From positions 49,422-113,421 of the forward strand of contig JAXDXW010000004.1 of the NCBI GenBank assembly GCA_034087725.1: a DNA stretch of 64,000 nucleotides. Direction: 5' to 3'. The DNA is from Candidatus Onthovivens sp. (GTDB lineage Bacteria; Bacillota_I; Bacilli_A; RFN20; CAG-826). Below are positions 38,275-48,134 of this stretch, piece by piece; position 1 is the first letter of the stretch; each line of letters starts with the position of its first letter. The notes beneath the pieces are model-generated. The model was not told where the DNA came from and did not search any database. It worked only from the letters and a program-made list of their open reading frames with translations. The translations under genes were made by a program, and so were the position numbers.

Positions 38275-40940
38275 GAGCATTTAAAATATTGCTTAAGAAA
38301 TGCTTTAGAGATATTGGAAGAAATCTTAAGCAATTTCTATCTATCATTTTTATAATTGCTGTTGCGATAACTTTATTCATCGGCTTAGAAGCAAATAGCG
38401 AAGCGTTTGAAAGAAGAGTTGACGAAGTTTATACGCAGGGCAACGCAAGTGACATATGGATTACTGTTAATCCTGAAATTTTTGATACAAAATCTAATTT
38501 AGAAGATTTTAATAAAGTTGTTTCTGCAAACGGAGGAGATGAATCTCTTGTAGAAAAAAGAATGTATTTGCCGACAACAATCAATGGCATTTCTGCAAGT
38601 GCATTAATCTCAAGAACCTTACCTAATATTAATAAAGGTTATGATTTTGAATTAGGTGGGGATATAAGTCAAAACAATTTTTTTGTTATTGATAAAGAAT
38701 TAGTCAGCAGATATAAAGTTTTAACTGGAAAAGATATCGGGATCGGAGACACTCTTCCTGTGAGTTACGACTTAACAAGTATTAAATCTGCTTTAGGAGA
38801 TCCTACTGAGTTTGCAAATAATATAATTGATAAATTGTTAGAGAGTATTTTACAAAGTGAATCAATTTCTACCGCTGTTAAAGCGATAATAACATCTTAC
38901 ATTGAGGGAAATAGAGATCAAGTGGTAAAAGCTATTGAAGATGCTTACAATAGCATTTTCTCAATAGATACTTTAACGATTGATGTAAAGATAAATGGAT
39001 TGATGAGGCATCCTGAAAATATTCAAAATGCAACTTTTACAAATAGTAATTTTTTGTTGTCTTCTAAGGTTGTTATTAAAAAATTTGCATCTCAACTTGC
39101 AGAAAATATTTCTTTTTCTGACCCAACAATCGTTGCGATGATCAAAAGTTTATTAAGCGATGCTGATAAGGTGATTGATGAAGAAAGCAATGAATTTGTT
39201 AATGATCTTTTAAATAATTTTTATAATCAATATATTTTAATTCTAGGTAAGAACAAGTCATTAAATAATGTAGAAAGAGAACTTACAAGTTATTTCACTA
39301 CAAAAGGTAATTTATTAGCAATTTTTAATAAAAATAATATGCCTTCCAATGCCGTTATTTCAAATGATATTGTTCAATCACGTCAGTTAACTTATTGCTT
39401 CCCTCTTATATTTTTCTTAGTAGCGATATTGGTTGTTTTGACTACGATTTCTCAATTAATTTTAAAAGAAAGGACACAAATTGGAACTTTTAAATCACTA
39501 GGTATATCAAAGAATACTATATTGTTTTATTACATTGCAATGATGTCTGTGATTGCCTTAATTGGTACAATTTTAGGATTAATTATTGGACCACTTTTAT
39601 TACCAGGAATTTTGAATTTGAAATATTCAATTTTATACAGCTTACCTGCGCTACATTATATTTTCCCTTGGATTTATGCACTTGTTTGTGTGATTTTAGT
39701 TGTATTTGCAGTTGCTGCATTAACATTTTTACTGATAAGAAAAGAGCTTAATCTAACACCTGCTAATTCGATGAGGCCAGCTGCACCTAATGTTAAATTT
39801 AAAGAAAAGAAAAAGAATTCTAAACATATTTCGATGATGATGGCCTTAAGAAATATTCGCGTCCACATTGCTAAGTCGATAATGGTTGTAATCGGGGTTT
39901 TAGGATGTACTGGATTATTAATTTGCGGAATGGGTATTGAAGACACAATTGATTATGGAATTAATTATGATTTAAATAATATTTTAGCTTCAGATATTCA
40001 ACTTACTTATAATAGCGGCGTTAGAGCAGGATCTGTTACAAACGAAATTTTAGACTTAACAGATGAAAATGGTGAGAAATTTGTAAAAGTATGTGAAGAG
40101 TATAGCATTATGCAAACGACAGTGTCTTCTTCTAAAACTAGTGTCAATACATATCTATATTATTTTGATAAGACTGCGACAAATTTCAAATATGAAAAAT
40201 GGAATGATGAAAACGGTGAAGGAATAGCAATTAATAAAGGAAAAGCTGAAGAACTTGGGATAAAATTAGGAGATTATATAACCTTTTCAGTTAACAATGT
40301 CACATATTCAAAGAAAATAGTTTCAATCTTCTATACTATGAGTGTTTCTGGACTATTTGTATATACTTCAACAATGCCAGAACTCACAAATTATCGAAGT
40401 AATGCACGGATTACATTAAGAGATAATATGGATTTAAAGGTTGCTAAAGATTTGCTTGAAAATTCTACAGTTAACGAGATTAATAGCGCAATGACGCGCG
40501 ATGAAAATATGGCAAGAATTGATTCTTATATGGGGAACGTCAATACTATGACAAATACAATCAAAATTTTTGCTATAGTTTTGGCTGTTATTGTTTTAAT
40601 AAATCTATCTATTTTAAACTACAGAGAGAGAATGAGAGATTATGCAACGCTAAAAGTTTTAGGCTATTCTCGTTTTGAAATTAGTCGAAGTATGATTTAT
40701 GAAGGAATGATTTTAACTACAATCGGAGGAATTTTAGGCGTTGTTGCAGGTTACCCACTTGAAATATTAGTTTTAGGAACTAATAAAACTCCTTTGCTTT
40801 CTTGGTCATATACGATTTATCCAACAACAATGTTTATTGCTTTATTAGCAAGTTTAATTACAGCTTTGGCGATAAATATATTCACATCACTTTCTATAAA
40901 GAAAATTTCTATGAGCGAAAGTTTAAAAAGTGTTGAATAA
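38271..40940 (+). CDS. FtsX-family ABC transporter permease with duplicated architecture (two large extracytoplasmic domains, two FtsX TM bundles)
   Basis: 889-aa protein: TM1, then ~340 aa soluble, then a 3-TM FtsX block (LGISKNTILFYY), then a further TM, ~200 aa soluble and a second FtsX block (LKVLGYSRFEISRSMIYEG). GTG start. Confidence 0.75.
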   Translation: MRAFKILLKKCFRDIGRNLKQFLSIIFIIAVAITLFIGLEANSEAFERRVDEVYTQGNASDIWITVNPEIFDTKSNLEDFNKVVSANGGDESLVEKRMYLPTTINGISASALISRTLPNINKGYDFELGGDISQNNFFVIDKELVSRYKVLTGKDIGIGDTLPVSYDLTSIKSALGDPTEFANNIIDKLLESILQSESISTAVKAIITSYIEGNRDQVVKAIEDAYNSIFSIDTLTIDVKINGLMRHPENIQNATFTNSNFLLSSKVVIKKFASQLAENISFSDPTIVAMIKSLLSDADKVIDEESNEFVNDLLNNFYNQYILILGKNKSLNNVERELTSYFTTKGNLLAIFNKNNMPSNAVISNDIVQSRQLTYCFPLIFFLVAILVVLTTISQLILKERTQIGTFKSLGISKNTILFYYIAMMSVIALIGTILGLIIGPLLLPGILNLKYSILYSLPALHYIFPWIYALVCVILVVFAVAALTFLLIRKELNLTPANSMRPAAPNVKFKEKKKNSKHISMMMALRNIRVHIAKSIMVVIGVLGCTGLLICGMGIEDTIDYGINYDLNNILASDIQLTYNSGVRAGSVTNEILDLTDENGEKFVKVCEEYSIMQTTVSSSKTSVNTYLYYFDKTATNFKYEKWNDENGEGIAINKGKAEELGIKLGDYITFSVNNVTYSKKIVSIFYTMSVSGLFVYTSTMPELTNYRSNARITLRDNMDLKVAKDLLENSTVNEINSAMTRDENMARIDSYMGNVNTMTNTIKIFAIVLAVIVLINLSILNYRERMRDYATLKVLGYSRFEISRSMIYEGMILTTIGGILGVVAGYPLEILVLGTNKTPLLSWSYTIYPTTMFIALLASLITALAINIFTSLSIKKISMSESLKSVE

Positions 40941-40967
40941 TTGTTATTATTAATAAAAGGTAATTTT

Positions 40968-42131
40968 ATGGAAAAAGAAAAAAAGCAAGAAGCAAAAGAA
41001 GAAGTTAAAATTTTAAAAGATGTAATTGAAGTTGATACGCACGTTCCCTACATTATTTCTGGACAATTTAGTGATTATAAAGAAGGATCATCTGTTTCTT
41101 TTGTTTGCAATCAACTTTATTGTGTTGCAAAAATAAAGTATCACGGAAAAAATAAAGTAGATTACTCTATAAATCAAGAAAGTGCTAAATTGCGCGTTTC
41201 TGAAATCAAAGACTTTAAAAAGTCTGATGCATATACTTTAAAATCCATTATTTTTGGAGTTTACGAAGAATTAAAAAATAATAATTTAACCGAAGATCTG
41301 CAGGGTTTTTCCTTAAAAATTGACACAAATTTGAAATTATCTGAAGGGCTTGAAATTAATATTGCTATTAGTTTATTAAAAGCATTTAATATCATTTTTG
41401 ATTTAAAACTAGATGATTTTGCTATAGCTGAAATGGTGCAAAAAGTTATCTCTTTGTATTTTGGCAAGGTGGTAACATTGCTAAATGTTCTTGCTTATTT
41501 TCAAAAAGGAGTAGTCCAAATGACTTTAAGAGATAGACATCTTTTTATCGAGGATTCTCAAGATAATTTAGATAGATATGCTTTCTTCCTTTTCGAAGAC
41601 GGCGATGGGTTTACTATTCAAGAGCATAATCAAATTTTTGAAACTTTATTTTCCACATACAAGAAGACAAAAGAATATTTTCATGTAAACTATTTGAGTG
41701 AAATACCAGAAGAAACTAGAGCTTTCCATATATTTACTCAAAATTCATATTTTCCAGATAACGAAAAGTTTATTTTAACTCATTATTATGAAGAACTTAA
41801 AAGATCTAGGTTTGTTTTAGAGGGATTTAAGGATGCAAATACTACAACTAAATTATTTGACTCACTTAATCTTTCAACTATTGAACTTGGAGCATTTGTC
41901 GGTTTTAACAGTTTTGAAAAATTTTTAGAAAACATTTCTATTAAATCAAATTATCGTGGCGGTGAATGCGCAGAGACAATGCTAAATGAAAGTTGCTTTG
42001 GCAAATTTGTTTATATTGTTAAAAAAGAAGATCAATCAAGTATTTTTAAATATTTGGCTTCATACAAGTTCTTTAAAATCACTCAACTAACAGTTTCAAC
42101 TGAACCAATTGAGATGTATCAAATTTACTAA
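40968..42131 (+). CDS. Degenerate galactokinase-like GHMP-family protein, probably non-catalytic
   Basis: GalK-like N-terminal signature (IISGQFSDYKEG against GalK LIGEHTDYNDG). The phosphate-binding loop LSEGLEINIAISLL lacks the G/S-rich PxGSGLSSSA motif. A C-terminal RGGEC segment stands in for GalK TGGGFGG. The gene is co-directional with, and 27 nt after, the permease gene. Confidence 0.5.
   Translation: MEKEKKQEAKEEVKILKDVIEVDTHVPYIISGQFSDYKEGSSVSFVCNQLYCVAKIKYHGKNKVDYSINQESAKLRVSEIKDFKKSDAYTLKSIIFGVYEELKNNNLTEDLQGFSLKIDTNLKLSEGLEINIAISLLKAFNIIFDLKLDDFAIAEMVQKVISLYFGKVVTLLNVLAYFQKGVVQMTLRDRHLFIEDSQDNLDRYAFFLFEDGDGFTIQEHNQIFETLFSTYKKTKEYFHVNYLSEIPEETRAFHIFTQNSYFPDNEKFILTHYYEELKRSRFVLEGFKDANTTTKLFDSLNLSTIELGAFVGFNSFEKFLENISIKSNYRGGECAETMLNESCFGKFVYIVKKEDQSSIFKYLASYKFFKITQLTVSTEPIEMYQIY
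41291..41312 (-). repeat. Copy g of the dispersed repeat (core only, intragenic)
   Basis: CTGCAGGGTTTTTCC; the reverse complement is AAAAACCCTGCAGATC. The AT tail is degenerate. Confidence 0.4.
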
Positions 42132-42136
42132 AATTT

Positions 42137-42166
42137 AAAAAAACATTTGAGTTCTGCAGGATTTTA
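42137..42166 (-). repeat. Copy h of the dispersed repeat
   Basis: The reverse complement is AAAATCCTGCAGAACTCAAATGTTTTTTT, immediately after the stop of the GHMP-like gene. Confidence 0.65.
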
Positions 42167-42184
42167 TTTATAAATCATCAAAAT

Positions 42185-42259
42185 AAAAAACTTCTTCTGA
42201 ACTGTACCCCTCCTCCTATTTTCCAGGATTTGGGGTAGAGTTCATTAAGAAGCTTTTTT
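42185..42259. terminator. Long imperfect hairpin between convergent genes (putative bidirectional terminator)
   Basis: AAAAAACTTCTTCTGAACTGTACCCC ... GGGGTAGAGTTCATTAAGAAGCTTTTTT. The right arm overlaps the last codons of the CYTH gene. Confidence 0.4.
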
Positions 42260-42832
42260 AATTGTTTCCATTGCTCGTACTTGCTTAGACTTGGAATTTT
42301 CTATGTAATTAATTCCAATCTCTTCGCATATTCTTTTAAGCTCTTTTGTAGCAAGGTCTAAAGAGCTTCCTTCCATTTCTAACTCGTAATCAACAATACC
42401 GTTATAAATATTTTTATCGATTGCGAGTAGTTCACCCTTATCATGATTTTCTATTTCCAATCTGTCTGTAACTAAGAATGTTTGAATTTTTAATTGAGAT
42501 GGATTAATTCCATACATCATTAATAAGTTTTTAATTCCACCTGATGGAAAAGTTCCATGCAATTTAAGGTTTTCGACTTGCTCTTTAGTAATGCTTTCTT
42601 TCTTTTCGAGTAAGCCTTCTTGTAGAGGTGCTTTCATAGTTAAAACATAAAAACCTTTTTCTCTAATACGTAAGCCTATTCCAAAAGACTTTAAAAGTAA
42701 ATCATCGGTATCAATGTAATAATTTGTTTGCATTATTCTATTGCCACCACGCTTACTATAATAATTCAGTATTTTATTGTAGTCGGTTTCGCTAATTAAA
42801 ACCTTTGCTTCGATTTCAATATTTGTTGCCAT
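42245..42832 (-). CDS. CYTH-domain protein (YjbK-like triphosphate tunnel metalloenzyme)
   Basis: N-terminal EIEAK motif and CYTH fold signatures. It lies divergent to NAD kinase, as in the Bacillus yjbK...ppnK neighbourhood. Confidence 0.7.
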   Translation of the reverse strand: MATNIEIEAKVLISETDYNKILNYYSKRGGNRIMQTNYYIDTDDLLLKSFGIGLRIREKGFYVLTMKAPLQEGLLEKKESITKEQVENLKLHGTFPSGGIKNLLMMYGINPSQLKIQTFLVTDRLEIENHDKGELLAIDKNIYNGIVDYELEMEGSSLDLATKELKRICEEIGINYIENSKSKQVRAMETIKKAS

Positions 42833-42865
42833 TTCTTTTAGATCCTTTTCAATTATGATACAATA

Positions 42866-43669
42866 TTGAATAAAGAAATTAAAGAATCTATGGAAAAACG
42901 TTACTGTCTTGTATGTAAAGATGTGCCAAACTTAGATATAACTTATTCTTATATTTATGAGGCTTTAGAATCTGCTGGATTTATTTATGATGAGGAAAAT
43001 CCTGGATTAGTAATTTCTTTGGGTGGAGATGGAACATTTCTTAAAGCAGTAGACTTATATAGGGAAAAAAGACCTATATTTCTTGGAATTAATTTAGGAA
43101 AGCTTGGTTTCCTATGCCAATTTAGTGAAAACGAGATAGATTACGCTTTAGAATTACTTTTAAATAACGAAGAAAGAAAATATATAAAATATCCATTGAT
43201 TATGGTTCAATGCGGTGACAGAAAGTATTTTGCGTTAAATGAAGTAAGAATAACTGCTATGAATGGAACATCAACTAGTTTTGATGTACTAATTGATGAT
43301 GTTAATTTAGAAAGACTTAATGCAGATGGTATGTCTATTTGTTCTCCTTTAGGAAGTAGTGGAATTAATAAAGGGCTTGGGGGGGCAATTGTTGATCCAT
43401 CAATTTTTGCTTTAGAATTAACTGAAATCACGCCTATAAATAATAAATTTTATTGTTCGATTAATTCGCCATTAATCATAAATGGCAAGTCATGTATAAC
43501 TCTCGAAAATTTCTCTTCTATAAAAATTAATTTATTTATGGACAATAGGGCTTATCAAATTGAAGACATGAAAAAAATGCTCATATCATACTGTGATGAA
43601 TATGTTTTAGTACTTAAAAATTTAAATAATAATTATATTAATAAATTAAATAACTCTTTTATTAAATAA
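42866..43669 (+). CDS. nadK: NAD kinase
   Basis: GGDGT motif (ISLGGDGTFL) and the NE/D short motif. ATG 42890 is an alternative start. Confidence 0.85.
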   Translation: MNKEIKESMEKRYCLVCKDVPNLDITYSYIYEALESAGFIYDEENPGLVISLGGDGTFLKAVDLYREKRPIFLGINLGKLGFLCQFSENEIDYALELLLNNEERKYIKYPLIMVQCGDRKYFALNEVRITAMNGTSTSFDVLIDDVNLERLNADGMSICSPLGSSGINKGLGGAIVDPSIFALELTEITPINNKFYCSINSPLIINGKSCITLENFSSIKINLFMDNRAYQIEDMKKMLISYCDEYVLVLKNLNNNYINKLNNSFIK

Positions 43670-44222
43670 GTTTGTTTTGCTTTAAAATTTTTTCAATATA
43701 AAAAAGTGGAAATCCTATCACATTATTTTTATCGCCTTTAATTTTTTTAATAAGATTAAATTTACCATCATCTTGTATTGAATAGGCGCCAGCTTTATCT
43801 AGAACATTAATGGTATGAATGTAGTTTTCTATTAGTTCATCAGAAAGGTTATTAAAGAATACATAAGTTTTAACTTCTTTAAAATAGTGTTTATTTTTAT
43901 AAAAAATGGCCACTCCGCTAATTACAGCATGCCTCTTTCCAGATAAAAGTTGTAGATATTTTTTTGCCTCGTTTAAATCTTTTGGTTTAGTCAAAACTAT
44001 ATTTTTATATTTAACAATCGTATCGCAACAAATTAAAAAATCTTGGGGTTCTGCAAGGTTTTTTATAGAAAAAGCCTTATTTTTTGCTTCTTTGAGAGCT
44101 AAATGCCTCGTATTTTTGTTAATTAAATTTTCATCAAAAGTTGGCTTAATTAATTTAAATTCAGGAACAAGCTTCTTTAATAATTCTATACGTCTTGGAG
44201 ACGAACTACCTAAAATAACCAT
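43662..44222 (-). CDS. maf: Maf-family nucleoside triphosphate pyrophosphatase
   Basis: N-terminal ILGSSSPRR and conserved C-terminal motifs. It lies 1 nt after rnj on the same strand. Confidence 0.85.
   Translation of the reverse strand: MVILGSSSPRRIELLKKLVPEFKLIKPTFDENLINKNTRHLALKEAKNKAFSIKNLAEPQDFLICCDTIVKYKNIVLTKPKDLNEAKKYLQLLSGKRHAVISGVAIFYKNKHYFKEVKTYVFFNNLSDELIENYIHTINVLDKAGAYSIQDDGKFNLIKKIKGDKNNVIGFPLFYIEKILKQNKLI
44034..44064 (-). repeat. Copy i of the dispersed repeat (inside maf)
   Basis: The reverse complement is AAAAAACCTTGCAGAACCCCAAGATTTTTTAA, encoding ...KNLAEPQDF... in Maf. Confidence 0.55.
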
Positions 44223-44223
44223 T

Positions 44224-45909
44224 TTAATTTAAATTTAAAATTAAAGGAATTACCATTGGATTTCTTTGAGTTTTTTTAAAATAGTATCTTGAAACCACAC
44301 TACGAATAGTATTCTTTATATCGCTAAATGTAATGTGAGAATTTTTTTCAAAGAAATCATTTAATGCTTCCTGGACTTTTGCTGATGCGTGACGTGTTAA
44401 ATGGTCTTCATTAGCATCATAGTTTACAAAGCCAACAGTGATTACTCTTGGAGGGCACACTAAACGATTATTTTTACTATCTAGGCATACTAAAACGCTG
44501 ACCATGCCATCGTCTTGTAATATTTTTCTATCTCTAATGACTGCAGTAGAAACTCCGTTTATATCGTTTCCATCAATATAAACATCTTCAGCTAAAACTC
44601 TTTCTCCATCATGAATCTTGTGATTTTCTAAAATTAAAGTATCTCCATTTCCTAATACAAAAATATTATCTTGAGGAATACCAATTTTTTTAGCAATGTC
44701 GGCATGAAGTTTTAACATATGATATTCACCATGGACTGGCATAAAATATGAAGGATTAAATAATTTTAAGTTTAAAGCTAATTCTTTTCTTGAAGGATGT
44801 CCAGATGAGTGAATTTCACTAAATACAGAGTTTGTGATTACTTCAGCCCCATATCTTGTAAGGAGATTCACAACTTTTTGAATACTTGCCCCATTTCCTG
44901 GAATTGGAGAAGAAGAGAAAACTACGGTATCGCCAGGTATAATTTTCAAATTTTTAAATGTTCCATTGGCAATTCTACTTAAAGCTGCCATTGGCTCACC
45001 TTGGCTCCCTGTACATAAAATAACGGTTTCACTGTCTTTTAATGTAGATATATTTTCAACATTAACAATAATATTTGTTGGAACCTTAATATAGCCAAAT
45101 TTTCTTGCATATTCCAAAGTGTTAACCATGCTTCTTCCAATAACTACTAATTTTCTATGGTGTGTTATTGTAGATTCTACGATTTGCTGAATACGTGAAA
45201 CATTGCTACTAAATGTTGAAATTATAAGGCGTCCTTGCGCTTTATCAAATATTTCATTTATAGAATCAATAACTTTTCTTTCACTTGGAGTCCATCCGTC
45301 TTTTTCTGCGTTTGTGGAATCTGCCATTAGTAAATCAACACCTTCAGTACCAATTTTGGCAATTTTGGCTAGTTCAATATCTGGACCTACAGGAGTTAAA
45401 TCAATCTTAAAGTCGCCGGTAGTCACAATTCTTCCTTCGGTGGTATCAATACATATACCGAAAGAGTCTGGAATAGAGTGAGTTACTCTAAAGAAGCTAA
45501 CATTAAAACTACCTGCTACTATTGAACTATTTTCATCATATTCTACGATTTTAACATTTTCTTTTATCTTTTTTTCTTCAAGCTTTTGTCTTATTAAAGA
45601 GGCAGCTAATTTCGGAGCATAAATAACAGGAATTTTAACTGATTTAACAATAAAAGGAATAGCACCAATATGGTCTTCGTGACCATGTGTAATGAAAAGA
45701 GCTCTAATTTTTGCTTGATTATTTTTTAAATGAGTGTAATTTGGAATGACATAATCAACACCAACGAGGTCGTCTTCTGGAAATTTAACTCCAGCGTCAA
45801 TTATTATTAAGTGATTTTCATCTTCTATGCAGTAAGTGTTTTTTCCAACTTCTCCAAGCCCACCTAAAGCATAAATTTTTACAGAATTATGAGCTATTTT
45901 CGTAACCAT
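44224..45909 (-). CDS. rnj: Ribonuclease J
   Basis: Metallo-beta-lactamase HGHEDHIG motif, beta-CASP and a C-terminal domain, in a 561-aa protein. Confidence 0.9.
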   Translation of the reverse strand: MVTKIAHNSVKIYALGGLGEVGKNTYCIEDENHLIIIDAGVKFPEDDLVGVDYVIPNYTHLKNNQAKIRALFITHGHEDHIGAIPFIVKSVKIPVIYAPKLAASLIRQKLEEKKIKENVKIVEYDENSSIVAGSFNVSFFRVTHSIPDSFGICIDTTEGRIVTTGDFKIDLTPVGPDIELAKIAKIGTEGVDLLMADSTNAEKDGWTPSERKVIDSINEIFDKAQGRLIISTFSSNVSRIQQIVESTITHHRKLVVIGRSMVNTLEYARKFGYIKVPTNIIVNVENISTLKDSETVILCTGSQGEPMAALSRIANGTFKNLKIIPGDTVVFSSSPIPGNGASIQKVVNLLTRYGAEVITNSVFSEIHSSGHPSRKELALNLKLFNPSYFMPVHGEYHMLKLHADIAKKIGIPQDNIFVLGNGDTLILENHKIHDGERVLAEDVYIDGNDINGVSTAVIRDRKILQDDGMVSVLVCLDSKNNRLVCPPRVITVGFVNYDANEDHLTRHASAKVQEALNDFFEKNSHITFSDIKNTIRSVVSRYYFKKTQRNPMVIPLILNLN

Positions 45910-46077
45910 AAGTGCCTCCTTTTTTGGTTATCTTAAGTTAGGTAAATTATAGTAAAAATTTTTTATGTAGACAAGAATTACGAACATTTTTTGCATCATT
46001 ATTACCCAAAAAATATATATGCAAAAATTAATATAGGATGTTGCGCCACAAAATTAAAAAGAATAATATAATTAATC

Positions 46078-47157
46078 ATGTATAAGTTTTATAAATTTAA
46101 AAAGAATTTAAAATATTATTTCTTCGATCATCCAGTACAAAAAGATATAGCCGAAAATTTATATATGCTTGCCGTTACAGCATTGTCGGCTTTTATTTTT
46201 GCTTTTGGATTTAATACATTTATTCAGCCAAATTTTTCTGCTATTGGAGTAGATAGTTCTCAAGCAACAATAAAATATTTAGCAAGTTGTGGTGCGTCTG
46301 GAATTTCTCAATCATTTTGTGCGTTATTACGAATTTTTGGATTAGAATTTATGAATAGCGATATAAATTTTAACATTCTCTACTGGACATGCTATGCAAC
46401 AATTAATATTCCTTTATTTTTCCTTGGATTTTTTAGAGTTGGCAAAAAATTTGCAGTTTATTCTTTTATAAACGTAATTTTGGCATCAATTTTTGGTATT
46501 TTTCTTAAAAGTAATGATCCTAACTTTTTCATAAATGTAATTGGTTCTAAACTTATAAATGAAACAGTTGCTAGAGTGTTATTTGCCGGAATTTGTACAG
46601 GCTTAGCGAGTGCTTTATCATACAAAATTGACTCTACTGCCGGAGGAACGGATATTATTGCATTCTTTATAAGTGAGAAAAAATCTGTGTTAATCGGTAA
46701 ATGGAGCGCTTTCTTCAATGTAATTATTGTTTCAACATATTTAATACTAAGTTGTGTTCCTTTGAATGAAAGTATTTTCCCAGCAAATGGCGAGTTCACC
46801 GCTATTGAACCTGCAACAGCATTTATCATTTTCCTTTTTACAATGCTTTATATGATTATCGTTACTTTGGTCGTTGATATTATTAATACAAAGAATAAAA
46901 AATACTTGCTTGAAATTATTACTCCTAATTATAACTTATCTCAATCGATTATTGCCTCTGTCCCACACGGATGCACAATTACGAATGGAGTTGGTGGTTA
47001 TTCTGGAAAGCCAGTATATACAATTCAAATTACTGTCAGGAAAAGTGAAGTAAAACAGATTGTTAAATTAACAAGAGCAATCGATCCTAAAGCTTTTATA
47101 AACGTTCTACCAATGGAGCAAGTTTACGGCAAGTTCTTTAGGAACCCTATTAAATAA
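46078..47157 (+). CDS. YitT-family membrane protein (second paralog)
   Basis: Same architecture as 6910-7953: a polytopic N-terminal region plus a DUF2179-like C-terminal domain. Confidence 0.65.
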   Translation: MYKFYKFKKNLKYYFFDHPVQKDIAENLYMLAVTALSAFIFAFGFNTFIQPNFSAIGVDSSQATIKYLASCGASGISQSFCALLRIFGLEFMNSDINFNILYWTCYATINIPLFFLGFFRVGKKFAVYSFINVILASIFGIFLKSNDPNFFINVIGSKLINETVARVLFAGICTGLASALSYKIDSTAGGTDIIAFFISEKKSVLIGKWSAFFNVIIVSTYLILSCVPLNESIFPANGEFTAIEPATAFIIFLFTMLYMIIVTLVVDIINTKNKKYLLEIITPNYNLSQSIIASVPHGCTITNGVGGYSGKPVYTIQITVRKSEVKQIVKLTRAIDPKAFINVLPMEQVYGKFFRNPIK

Positions 47158-47187
47158 AAACCCTTCTAAACTCCACTATTTTTTCTG

Positions 47188-47220
47188 GTTTACATATAAA
47201 ATGTAAAGAATAGTTTACAT
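47188..47220 (+). promoter_or_regulatory. Candidate operator: GTTTACAT-N5-ATGTAAAG palindrome plus a third GTTTACAT half-site upstream of the XRE regulator gene
   Basis: Inverted repeat at 47188-47208 and a direct-repeat half-site at 47213-47220, 70-100 nt upstream of ATG 47290. Confidence 0.4.
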
Positions 47221-47289
47221 TTTTGTATCATAATTTATACTTGTTTAAAAGGTATTTTTAAATTAAATTTTAACCATGGAGGGAACATA

Positions 47290-48105
47290 ATGAGAGAAGA
47301 TTTAGCTAGAAGATTGGTAGATTTTAGAAAGCGTTTTGATTTTTCTCAAGAAGAATTAGCAAATAAGTTAGGTGTTAGTAGACAAACTATTATTAAATGG
47401 GAAAGCGGAGAGACAGTACCATCAATTGATTTTGTGAAAGATTTATCAAAAATTTATGGAGTTACTGTTGATGATTTGCTTAACACAGATAAGCCAATTG
47501 AGGAATGTTATACAAAGCAAAGTGAAAATAAAGATAATTCAAGAAAAGGAAACTTTCATATTGGTGCAGATGGCATACACATTAAAGACGGGGAGGACGA
47601 AGTCCATATTAGTGGGTTAGGAATCCATGTTAAAAATGATGAAGAAGAGGTAGAAATTTCTCCAAAAGCACATATCAAAGTAACAAATAAAAAAGGTTTG
47701 GATTTTAATAGTATTAGTGCAATTAGCGGATTGATAAACTCATCTTGTTTATTACTTGCTGCCATTGCTTATGTTGTATTAGGTTTTACACTAAAAGATG
47801 TTAATGGATGGGGAACATGGTGGACATTATTTATTTTCTGTTTTGTTCCAGCAAGCTTATATGAGGCTATTGCAAAAAAGAATATTAAAATTTTTAATAT
47901 AGCTTTTTTAGCGGTTTCTTCATATCTTACCATTGGCATGTATAGTCATTACTTAGGTAGTTTTGATGGCTGGCACCCTTATTGGGCAATTCTATTATCA
48001 ATCCCAGTCTTTTATATTATTTGCGACATTATAAAAGGATTTAAAAAAGTTTTTGATAAAAGAAAACTTAACGAAGAAGTCATTTGCGACGTCGAAGTAA
48101 AATAG
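47290..48105 (+). CDS. XRE-family HTH transcriptional regulator with a C-terminal transmembrane domain
   Basis: HTH_XRE motif (FSQEELANKLGVSRQTIIKWESGETVPSIDFVKDLSKIYGVTVDDL) followed by a linker and ~4 TM helices. Confidence 0.7.
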   Translation: MREDLARRLVDFRKRFDFSQEELANKLGVSRQTIIKWESGETVPSIDFVKDLSKIYGVTVDDLLNTDKPIEECYTKQSENKDNSRKGNFHIGADGIHIKDGEDEVHISGLGIHVKNDEEEVEISPKAHIKVTNKKGLDFNSISAISGLINSSCLLLAAIAYVVLGFTLKDVNGWGTWWTLFIFCFVPASLYEAIAKKNIKIFNIAFLAVSSYLTIGMYSHYLGSFDGWHPYWAILLSIPVFYIICDIIKGFKKVFDKRKLNEEVICDVEVK

Positions 48106-48134
48106 ATATTATTTTGTAAATTATCTTGAATAAA

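Noticed and set aside
43906-44232. 108-aa plus-strand ORF overlapping maf
   Set aside because: maf (minus strand) has its N-terminal SSSPRR motif and continues the rnj-maf operon, and the plus frame lacks an RBS.
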